Shown piece after piece: positions 40,407 to 49,611 of a stretch of DNA of 64,000 nt (the stretch's first letter is position 1; each line of letters begins with the position of its first letter). The DNA comes from an uncultured Candidatus Rokubacteria bacterium (GTDB taxonomy: Bacteria; Methylomirabilota; Methylomirabilia; Rokubacteriales; DASRDR01). The translations under genes were made by a program, and so were the position numbers. The notes under the pieces were generated by a model. That model worked only from the letters and a program-made list of their open reading frames with translations. It ran no database searches and had not been told where the DNA came from. The DNA is taken from assembly GCA_963745015.1 (NCBI GenBank), contig CAVUVU010000018.1, positions 13,524 through 77,523 of the forward strand, in the 5' to 3' direction.

Positions 40407-41466
40407 ATGCGAAGCGCGGTAGTGGTCACCGCCTGGCGGAGTGCCGTGGTGGTCCTGGCTCTCGTCCTGTGGGCGATGCCGGCCCTGGCCCAGAAGGCGC
40501 TGGTGAGCATCAAGACGGATCAGGCGCCGACGATCGACGGGACGGTCGACGCCGCGTGGAGAAAGCTCCCGCGTACAAGGTCGCCCTCGACGAGACCCCC
40601 TACAAGCCGGAGGGCTTCAAGGGGCTCACCAAGACCAACGTCACCATGAAGTCCATGTACGACAAGGACAGCATCTATCTCCTGCTCCAGTGGGCCGACC
40701 CGACCCGGAGCGTCGAGCGGAACCCGTGGGTCAAGCAGCCCGACGGCACGTGGAAGCAGCTCAAGGCGGCCGACAGCACGGGGCACGACAACACCTACTA
40801 CGAGGACAAGCTCGGGATCCTCTGGAACATCAACGCCGCGGGCTTCGACAAGAAGGGGTGCGACGTCGCCTGCCACAAGGCGCGGGGCGGCAAGATCGCG
40901 GGCATCGAGGACAAGTCTCCCGGCCGCAAGTACCTGGAGCCGGGCCAGACGGTCGACATGTGGCACTGGAAGGCCGTCCGCACCGGCCCCGTGGGTCAGG
41001 TCGACGACCAGTACATCGACGACACCAAGGACCCGACGAAGAATGCCGACTGGGGTCGCAAGGGCGACGCGAAGACGGGCGGCGGCTACGCCAACAACGT
41101 CAACAAGGACAAGACCGGGCCCGCCTGGATGAACAAGACGCCCAGCGAAGAGAACAAGTACTGGGTCCTCGACGACCAGAAGACGGAGTTCGTCGACACC
41201 TTCAAGCCCGGTGACGTGGTCGGCGGGATCGTCGTCGCGCCCTTCACCGGCTCGCGCGGGGACCTCGACGCCCGGGCCGTGTGGAAGAGCGGCACGTGGA
41301 CGCTCGAGGTGAAGCGCAAGCTCGTCACCACCGGTGAGAACGCCAAGGAGCAGGACGTCCAGTTCGACGATCTCAAGAAACCTACCACTTCGGGCTCTCC
41401 GTGTTCGACAACACCCAGATCAATCACATGTATCACAACGGCGCCCATCGGCTGACCTTCAAGTAA
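40407..41466 (+). CDS. periplasmic haem protein of the cytochrome c552 / ethylbenzene-dehydrogenase-gamma (EB_dh) domain type; two frame breaks
   Basis: GAAGGGAGG RBS. Signal peptide MRSAVVVTAWRSAVVVLALVLWAMPALA. IKTDQAPTIDGTVDAAW / EKAPAYKVAL...SIYLLLQWADPT...GCDVACH...MWHWKAVRT...WTLEVKRKL / YHFGLSVFDNTQINHMYHNGAHRLTFK. The switches are near 40557-40561 and 41378-41383. Confidence 0.6.
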
Positions 41467-41480
41467 CCGGCAACGCTCGG

Positions 41481-41507
41481 GCGCTCCCGCAAGGTCTGCG
41501 GGAGTGC
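41481..41507. terminator. hairpin between the c552/EB_dh gene and the tetrahaem operon
   Basis: GCGCTCCCGCA-AGGTC-TGCGGGAGTGC: an 11-bp stem with one mismatch and a 5-nt loop, followed by GATTCATCC. Confidence 0.45.
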
Positions 41508-41595
41508 CCGATTCATCCACGTAGCTTGACAGCCACAGACCCGCCGAGGAGGCGGAGGGATCAAGGGCGGGGGCTCGCAGCAGTGGCGGTCGACG

Positions 41596-42443
41596 ATGCG
41601 ATGGCTGGGCGTGGCCGCGGTGTCGGCCCTCGGGGTTGCCGGCTCGCAGGCCTCGCTGCCTCCGGAGTTCCAGACGGCGGATGCCCAGGCGCAGACGACC
41701 CCGGCGGCCAAGCCCGAGGTCAAACCGGACGCCCCGCCCGGTGAGGCGAAGCCGGAAGTTCCGAAAAGCGCCAAGCCACGGCCCCAGACCGCCACGGAGG
41801 CCGACGAGGCCCTCGCGAAGCTGATGGCCTCGCGGAAACCCGTCCGCGCCGCGACCGCACGAGGCCAGACGGCCGCCGAGGCGCCCGAGTTCAAGGTCAC
41901 GCCGCGCATGGACCGGATCCGCAACTACCCCTGCACCAAGTGTCACGACAACAAGTTCGTGGACCGCCGCGTGCGGGAGCTCCAGGACGAGCACACGAAG
42001 CTCGTGTTCGAGCACGGCGGCGGGCGGTTCTGGTGCTACGACGCCTGCCACAAGGGCACGGACATGGACAGCCTCATCTCCCTTCGCGGCCGGACGGTCA
42101 GCTACGACGAATCCTACAAGCTCTGCGGGCAGTGTCACTACCAGCGCCTGGACTGGTGCTTCGGCGGTCATGGCAAGCGGCAGGGGGCCTGGGAGAACCA
42201 GCGCGAGATCCCGATGGTCGCCGACGAGCTGAAGGTCGAAGACCGCAATCAGATGGATCGTGGGCAGGCGAGCGCGCGATCCTCAATTGCACCGAATGCC
42301 ACGATGCCCATTCACCGTCGATCAAGCCGTTCGAGCCGAGCCCGCCGCCGAAGGTCCGCGCCGGGCTCCGCCCGCCGGCTACGAAGCCCGAGCCCGAGCG
42401 AAAGATCTGGGAGCGACTGGCCGAACCGAAAGGGAAGCGCTGA
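41596..42443 (+). CDS. periplasmic tetrahaem c-type cytochrome with a Pro/Lys/Ala-rich linker; one frame break
   Basis: Signal peptide MRWLGVAAVSALGVAGSQA. Haem motifs CTKCH, CYDACH (as C-x2-CH: CYDACH reads C..ACH), CGQCH and CTECH. The last one is in the 41940 frame. The switch is near 42240-42260. Confidence 0.7.
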
Positions 42444-42694
42444 TGCCCGAGTCGCGAAGGGATCCCGGTCACGACCCGAACCTCAGCCGTCGCGACTTCC
42501 TGGCGAGGCGACTTCCCGGCTGGACTGCCGGGCTGTTCGGCGGTGGGGCGGCGGCCGCCCCGTCGCCGACGACCGCGGAGGCCGCCCCATCCGGCGGCGC
42601 CGGCTCCTTCGCCCCGCGAGACCTCACGCGGATCAGCCGTGACGGGGTGAAAGCCGCGCTTGCCCGCATCCGGGCGCAGCGAAGGGGACCCTGA
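42443..42694 (+). CDS. small (83 aa) ORF with a twin-arginine motif; looks like a duplicate of the FeS subunit N-terminus
   Basis: MPESRRDPGHDPNLSRRDFLARRLPGW...RDLTRISRDGVKAALARIRAQRRG. TGATG overlaps occur at both ends (42441-42445 and 42692-42696). Confidence 0.45.
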   Translation: MPESRRDPGHDPNLSRRDFLARRLPGWTAGLFGGGAAAAPSPTTAEAAPSGGAGSFAPRDLTRISRDGVKAALARIRAQRRGP

Positions 42695-43650
42695 TGGCGC
42701 CGAGCCCTTCGACGGCACCCGGAGGTCCGACGCTCACGCGTCGTGCCCTGTTCAGGCTCGCCGGCTTCCTGGCGAGCGTCGCCGCGCTCCTCGGCGGCCG
42801 CCGGGCCATCGCCCAGGCCGCGCGGGCGGCGGAAGCGGGCGCCGAATCGCTCGCCGACGCCTGGGGCGCGCTCCTCCAGCAGCAATACACGAGGATGACC
42901 CCCGAGGAAGTCCAGGCCGCCATCGGCCGCATCGAGCGACGGGCGAAACAGCGGCACGGGGCCGACATCAGCGTCGGGACGGAGCCCCCCTGGAGGGTGT
43001 GGTCTTCGGCTACGCCCTGAACATCTCCAAGTGCAAGGGTGTCCGGAAGTGCGTGGAGGCCTGCGTCGCCGAGAACAACCTGAGCCGCGATCCCCAGATC
43101 CAGTACATCCGGGTCCTGGAGATGGACCACGGGGACATGAACCTCCACCAGGCCGATCACTACTACGAGGCAGAGGCCGTGCCTCGGCCCGGCAAGTTCT
43201 ACCTCCCCGTCCAGTGCATCAGTGCGACAACCCACCGTGCGTCAAGGCGTGTCCGGTCGAGGCCACGTGGCAGGAGCGGGACGGCATCACCGTGGTGGAC
43301 TACGACTGGTGCATCGGCTGCCGGTACTGCATGGCGGCCTGCCCCTACTGGGCCCGCCACTTCAACTGGAGCGAGCCGACGATCCCCCCGGGTTCGCTCA
43401 ACACCGACACGCACTACCTCGGCAACCGTCCCGCCCGAGGGGCGTCGTCGAGAAGTGCACCTTCTGCATCCAGCGCACGCGGAAGGGGCGCCAGCCGGCC
43501 TGCCTGGAAGCGTGCCCGACGGGCGCGCGCACGTTCGGCAACCTGCTGGACCCCGAGAGCGACATCCGCTACGTGCTCGAGAACAAGACGGTCTTCCGGC
43601 TGAAGGAAGAGCTCGGCACCGAACCCAAGTTCTGGTACTTCACGGACTGA
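42694..43650 (+). CDS. Tat-exported 4Fe-4S cluster protein (NrfC/PsrB/HybA-like); three frame breaks
   Basis: Tat motif [12 protein letters not shown]. FeS motifs [47 protein letters not shown]...[11 protein letters not shown]. The switches are near 42985-42990 (C-run), 43216-43220 and 43428-43436. Confidence 0.7.
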
Positions 43651-43656
43651 CGGACC

Positions 43657-44889
43657 ATGCGCGCGCTCGCTGCCTTCTTCGCGGACAGGCTGCGACAGGT
43701 GTTCCGGGGCGGCCGCCTCTACTGGACCTGGGTCGCCGGGCTCGGCCTGGTAGTGCTGGTGGGGATCTTCTTCTACTGGCGCCAGCTGGAGCAGGGCCTG
43801 ATCGTCACGGGCATGAGCGACCAGGTGTCGTGGGGCGCGTACATCGCCAACTTCACCTACCTGGTGGGTATCGCCGCTGCCGCGGTCATGCTCGTGATCC
43901 CCGCCTACGTGTTCCACCGGGAGGACGTCAAGCACGTCGTCCTGATCGGCGAAGGCATCGCCGTGGCCGCGGTGATCATGTCCATCCTCTTCGTCGTGGT
44001 GGATCTCGGCCGCCCGGACCGCATCTGGCACATGATCCCCTGGGTCGGGCGCCTCCACTTTCCGGCCTCGCTGCTGGCGTGGGACATCGTCGTCCTGACC
44101 GGCTACCTCGTGCTCAACCTCACGATCCCCTTCTACATGCTCTTCAGCCGGTATCGGGGGCGGGAGCCGAGCGTGCGCCTGTACTTTCCGGCCGTGCTGG
44201 TCTCGATCGCCTGGGCCATCTCGATTCACACGGTCACGGCCTTTCTCTTCTCCTCGAACGTGGCCCGGCCCTTCTGGCACACCGCGGTGCTCGGACCGCG
44301 CTTCCTGGCCTCGGCGTTCACGGCGGGGCCGGCGTTGATCGTGCTCGCATTGCAGATCATCGACCGGAACACGCCGTTCAAGGTCCACTCCTCCGTGATC
44401 GACCTCATGGCGCTGATCACCACGGTGGCGCTCCAGATCAACCTCTTTCTCGTCGGGGCCGAGATCTTCACGGACTTCTACTTCCGCACGGAGGACGTCG
44501 CCGCCGCCACGTATCTGTACCTGGGCCTCGACGGCGCGAACAAGCTCGTACCGTGGATCTGGAGCGCCATCCTCCTGGACCTGGTGGCCGCGATCATGCT
44601 GACCGTCCATCCGCTGCGACGACGCCGGGTGTTCCTCAGCATTGCCTGCGTGCTCGCGATCGTGGGGGTGTGGATCGAGAAGGGGATGGGCCTCGTCGTA
44701 CCGGGATTCGTGCCGACACCGCTCGGCGAGGTGTTCGAGTACTCGCCCCAGTGGGGCGAGGTCTTCGTCTCCGCCGGAATTTGGGCGCTGGGCATGCTGA
44801 TCTTCACCACCCTGGCGAAGGCGGCGATCCCGATCGAGCTCGGCCAGATCCGGCGCCCCACGGCGTCGCCTCCGCCGGCCACACTCTAA
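43657..44889 (+). CDS. NrfD/PsrC-family polytopic membrane subunit (quinone-interacting)
   Basis: 410 aa, intact, about 10 TM. SWGAYIANFTYLVGIAAAAVML...DLGRPDRIWHM...LLAWDIVVLTGY is typical of the NrfD family. It starts 6 nt after the FeS gene. Confidence 0.8.
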   Translation: MRALAAFFADRLRQVFRGGRLYWTWVAGLGLVVLVGIFFYWRQLEQGLIVTGMSDQVSWGAYIANFTYLVGIAAAAVMLVIPAYVFHREDVKHVVLIGEGIAVAAVIMSILFVVVDLGRPDRIWHMIPWVGRLHFPASLLAWDIVVLTGYLVLNLTIPFYMLFSRYRGREPSVRLYFPAVLVSIAWAISIHTVTAFLFSSNVARPFWHTAVLGPRFLASAFTAGPALIVLALQIIDRNTPFKVHSSVIDLMALITTVALQINLFLVGAEIFTDFYFRTEDVAAATYLYLGLDGANKLVPWIWSAILLDLVAAIMLTVHPLRRRRVFLSIACVLAIVGVWIEKGMGLVVPGFVPTPLGEVFEYSPQWGEVFVSAGIWALGMLIFTTLAKAAIPIELGQIRRPTASPPPATL

Positions 44890-44918
44890 CCGCGCCAGCG
44901 ATCGAATCGGGAGCGGCC

Positions 44919-45812
44919 ATGCCGAATCGCCTCCAGCTCAAGCGCATCCTGGTCCCCCTCGACGGCTCGGATCTAGCCGAGGCCATCCTGCCCGTCGTCG
45001 CGCGGCTGGCGCGCGACCACGAGGCCGAAGTCGTCTTGCTCGAGGTCCTGGCGGGCCAGCGGACGCGGGAGGCCGAGCACGAGGTGGAGCGGCAGGCCGG
45101 CGGCTACCTCGAGAAGGCCGGCGCCTCACTCCGGGGCCAGGGCCTCCGGCGGGTCCAGTGGCGCGTCTGGTACGGCGAGGCGGATCAGGCCATCGCGAAC
45201 GCGACCGCGCGCGAGCAGGCGGATCTGGTCGCGATGTCGACCCACGGCCGGAGCGGCCTTGACCGGCTGCGCTTCGGGAGCGTCGCGGAGAGCGTGGTCC
45301 GCCGGGCGCCCGCCCCGGTGCTGCTCGTCCGCGGCGTCGCCGCCTGGGATCGGGGCGGAATCGGACGCATCCTGGTCCCGCTCGACGGGTCCGAGGCCTC
45401 GGAGGAGGTGCTCCCGATCGTCTCGTGCCTGGCTGGCCCCTTCGACATCGAGGTCCTCCTCCTGCACGTCGTCGAGGCCACCCAGTCGCTCCCGGGCTCC
45501 CCGGCCGGGGCGAAGGGTGGCCGCGATTCGGAGACCGAGGCCGGGTACCTCGCGCGGGTGGCCGCGCCTCTCCAGGCCCGCGGCCTGCGCGTCAGCACGA
45601 CCGTGCGGGCGGGGCTTCCCGCCGAGGTGATCCCGGCCGTCACCGCCGAGACGAAGTGTGGCCTGGTCGCGATGTCAACCCACGGCCGATCGGGCCTGGG
45701 CCGGCTATTCCTGGGGAGCGTCGCCGAGCGCGTGCTGAGATCGGTGTCGGTGCCCATGCTGCTGTGGAAGCCGCCCGCGGGCACTCGCGAACTCGGCCCG
45801 ACCGGCCCCTGA
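44919..45812 (+). CDS. tandem universal stress protein
   Basis: LKRILVPLDGSDLAEAILPVVARLA...LVAMSTHGRSGLDRLRFGSVAESVVRRAPAPVLLV and ILVPLDGSEASEEVLPIV...LVAMSTHGRSGLGRLFLGSVAERVLRSVSVPMLLW. Confidence 0.85.
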   Translation: MPNRLQLKRILVPLDGSDLAEAILPVVARLARDHEAEVVLLEVLAGQRTREAEHEVERQAGGYLEKAGASLRGQGLRRVQWRVWYGEADQAIANATAREQADLVAMSTHGRSGLDRLRFGSVAESVVRRAPAPVLLVRGVAAWDRGGIGRILVPLDGSEASEEVLPIVSCLAGPFDIEVLLLHVVEATQSLPGSPAGAKGGRDSETEAGYLARVAAPLQARGLRVSTTVRAGLPAEVIPAVTAETKCGLVAMSTHGRSGLGRLFLGSVAERVLRSVSVPMLLWKPPAGTRELGPTGP

Positions 45813-45879
45813 GCCCGAGACCGCCGTGGCCCGAGCGCCGCACGCGCGAGACGTGCCGGCCGCAACGGAGGAGCCCCCG

Positions 45880-47175
<1,296 letters not shown>

Positions 47176-47252
47176 TCCGATCGGCCAGCTGGCGGCCGAA
47201 GCGCTCGACGAGGCCGGGTTCCTCGGGAGCCGGAAGCCGTAGGGAGGTTCCG

Positions 47253-48698
47253 ATGCCCGCCACACCGTCCGCGAGCTACAGCCTGACCGTTCGCGTCGAG
47301 ATCCGGAACCGCCCCGGGATGCTGGGGAAGGTCACCTCGGCCATCAGCCGGGCCGGAGGGGATATCGGGGCCATCGACCTGATCCAGCCCGGTGGCAAGG
47401 TCCGGACCCGAGACATCACCTTCAACGCCCGGGACGATCGTCACGGGCAGGCGATCGTCGCGGGCCTTGGCAGGATCCGCGGCGTCGGCGTCCTCCACGT
47501 CTCCGACCGGACCTTCCTCATGCACCTCGGCGGCAAGATCGAGGTCCGCGGCAAGGTGCCGGTGAAGACGCGCGACGACCTCTCGATGGCCTACACGCCC
47601 GGCGTCGCCCGCGTCTGCATGGCGATCCACGACGATGCCGAGAAGGCGTACACCCTGACGATCAAGCAGAACTCGGTCGCCGTCGTCACGGACGGCACGG
47701 CGGTGCTCGGGCTGGGCGACATCGGTCCCAAGGCCGCGATGCCGGTGATGGAAGGCAAGGCCCTTCTCTTCAAGGCCTTCGCCGACGTGGACGCGTTCCC
47801 TCTCTGCCTCGACACCAAGGACGCGGACGAGATCGTGAGGATCGTCCGCGCGATCGCGCCGGGGTTCGGCGGCATCAACCTGGAGGACATCGCCGCTCCC
47901 CGCTGCTTCGACATCGAGGAGCGACTGCGGAAAGAGCTCGACATCCCGGTCTTCCACGACGACCAGCACGGGACGGCGGTGGTCGTGCTCGCCGCCCTGC
48001 TGAATGCCCTCAAGGTCGTGAAGAAGAAGATGAGCGATGTCCGCGTCGTCTTCGCGGGCGCCGGCGCCTCGGGCATTGCCACCGCCAGGCTCCTGATGGC
48101 GGTCGGCTGCCGCCACGTCGTCGGGTGCGACCGGGCGGGGATGCTCTACCGCGGCCGGGCCGACCACATGAATCCGGTCAAGGCGTGGTTCGCCGAGCAC
48201 ACGAACCCCCGGCGCCTCCGCGGCAGCCTGGCCGACGCGCTCCGGGGCGCCGATGTCTTCATCGGCCTGTCAGGGCCGGGGGTCGCCACCCGGCGGGACA
48301 TCCGCCGGATGGCTCGGGAGTCCATCGTGTTCGCCATGGCGAACCCGACGCCGGAAGTCATGCCCGAGGAAGTCCGGGGCATCGTCCGCGTCATGGCGAC
48401 CGGGCGCTCCGACTATCCGAATCAGATCAACAACGTGCTCTGCTTCCCGGGGTTCTTCCGCGGGCTCCTCGATGTCCGCGCTCGTGGAGTCAACGACGAG
48501 ATGAAGATCGCGGCCGCCCGGGCGATCGCCGCGATCATCCGGCCGAGCGAGATCACGGAGGACTACGTGATTCCCTCCGTGTTCGATCGCCGGGTGGTGG
48601 AGGCGGTCGCCGCCGGTGTCGCGGAGGCGGCGGGGCGGACCGGTGTCGCCCGCCGCCGTCGTCGCCGCGCGGTCCCGGCCGCCGCGCCCGAGGCGTGA
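47253..48698 (+). CDS. NAD(P)-dependent malic enzyme with an N-terminal ACT domain
   Basis: ACT-like TVRVEIRNRPGMLGKVTSAISRAGGDIGAIDL, then YTPGVARVC, VVTDGTAVLGLGDIGPKAAMPVMEGKALLFK, INLEDIAAPRCF, FHDDQHGTAVV, GAGASGIA, ANPTPE. Confidence 0.9.
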   Translation: MPATPSASYSLTVRVEIRNRPGMLGKVTSAISRAGGDIGAIDLIQPGGKVRTRDITFNARDDRHGQAIVAGLGRIRGVGVLHVSDRTFLMHLGGKIEVRGKVPVKTRDDLSMAYTPGVARVCMAIHDDAEKAYTLTIKQNSVAVVTDGTAVLGLGDIGPKAAMPVMEGKALLFKAFADVDAFPLCLDTKDADEIVRIVRAIAPGFGGINLEDIAAPRCFDIEERLRKELDIPVFHDDQHGTAVVVLAALLNALKVVKKKMSDVRVVFAGAGASGIATARLLMAVGCRHVVGCDRAGMLYRGRADHMNPVKAWFAEHTNPRRLRGSLADALRGADVFIGLSGPGVATRRDIRRMARESIVFAMANPTPEVMPEEVRGIVRVMATGRSDYPNQINNVLCFPGFFRGLLDVRARGVNDEMKIAAARAIAAIIRPSEITEDYVIPSVFDRRVVEAVAAGVAEAAGRTGVARRRRRRAVPAAAPEA

Positions 48699-48965
48699 GG
48701 CTGGACGGCGCGCCGCGGCCGCTCCGGGGAGCCGGTCTCCCCCCTCCCGCCGCGCTGGCCGCCGCCCGCCCGTGGACGTCCACGCCCATGCTGAACTCGC
48801 GCGGCGGACATGCCCGTCGAGGCTCCGGAGTATCCCGGCGCTCCCCTGGACCGCCCCGTCCCTCCTCCCAGAGCCTGCCCGTCCCCACCGGTCTGATTCG
48901 TACCCGCGCCCGGCACGGGCGGGCGTGAAGAACGTGGGCGCCATCGCGGAACGGAGTCTCATGCG

Positions 48966-48989
48966 GGAACTGCCGATCCGGAACTGCCG
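48966..48989. promoter_or_regulatory. tandem direct repeat GGAACTGCCG x2 upstream of the Met-rich protein gene
   Basis: GGAACTGCCG at 48966-48975 and at 48980-48989, a 14-nt period. It is bracketed by the inverted repeat TCATGCG (48959-48965) / CGCATGA (48992-48998). Confidence 0.35.
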
Positions 48990-49025
48990 GAGCGCATGAC
49001 GCTCCGAGCGCAGGAGAGGTGAGCC

Positions 49026-49403
49026 ATGAAGACGGTCCTGACGATCCTCTTGACCATCACGGTCGGAGCATTCCTGGTCGCGCACGCGCAGCAGGCACCA
49101 TCACCCGGTGCGGGACCGATGGGGCCCGGCATGATGGGCGGCATGCACCAGCAGATGATGGGCCTCATGGAGATGGGCGGGATGATGCAGCAGATGGGCG
49201 AGATGATGGCCAGCGGCCAGATGTCGCCCGAGCGGATGAAGCAGATGGGAGACGCGATGAAGCAGATGGGCCAGATGCTGGGCGGCATGGGCGCGCGGGG
49301 CGGCTCGATGGGCCCGATGGCCATGCCCGAGATGTCGAAGATGATGGAGCACATGGCCGAGATGCAGAAGCGCATGTCGGACATGTTGGGCGCGCCGAAG
49401 TGA
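49026..49403 (+). CDS. secreted methionine/glycine/glutamine-rich protein
   Basis: Signal peptide MKTVLTILLTITVGAFLVAHA. By my count, 30 Met follow the initiator in a 125-aa product, in repeated MxxM, MM and QMG units. GGAGAGG RBS. Confidence 0.75.
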   Translation: MKTVLTILLTITVGAFLVAHAQQAPSPGAGPMGPGMMGGMHQQMMGLMEMGGMMQQMGEMMASGQMSPERMKQMGDAMKQMGQMLGGMGARGGSMGPMAMPEMSKMMEHMAEMQKRMSDMLGAPK

Positions 49404-49516
49404 CGCAGATCCACAACGTCGTGCCCCGCGGGAGTCAATGACGGGTCGGCGGCCGGCGCTAGTCGCGCCCGGGCATCCACGCGAGGCCCCGCACCAGGCG
49501 GCCGAGTAGGGCCGCC

Positions 49517-49551
49517 CCCCCGAGCCGCGCGCTCGGCGCGCGGCTCGGGGG
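49517..49551. terminator. perfect 16-bp GC-rich hairpin between convergent genes
   Basis: CCCCCGAGCCGCGCGC-TCG-GCGCGCGGCTCGGGGG. There is no U-tract. Confidence 0.5.
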
Positions 49552-49611
49552 CAGCGGTGCCGCGACCATGGCAAGGAGATGGCGCTGTGCCTCCGGTCGA
49601 GCCACGGGCCC

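Noticed and set aside
41525-41530. Perfect TTGACA -35 hexamer upstream of the tetrahaem operon
   Set aside because: No acceptable -10 element lies 16-19 nt downstream (GAGGCG). A single hexamer match is expected by chance.
42660-45812. 1050-aa ORF that would be a giant fusion protein
   Set aside because: Only short stretches (part of the FeS protein) and the last 298 aa (the tandem USP from ATG 44919) are meaningful. The middle runs out of frame across the intact NrfD gene. It is an artefact of missing stop codons in GC-rich DNA.
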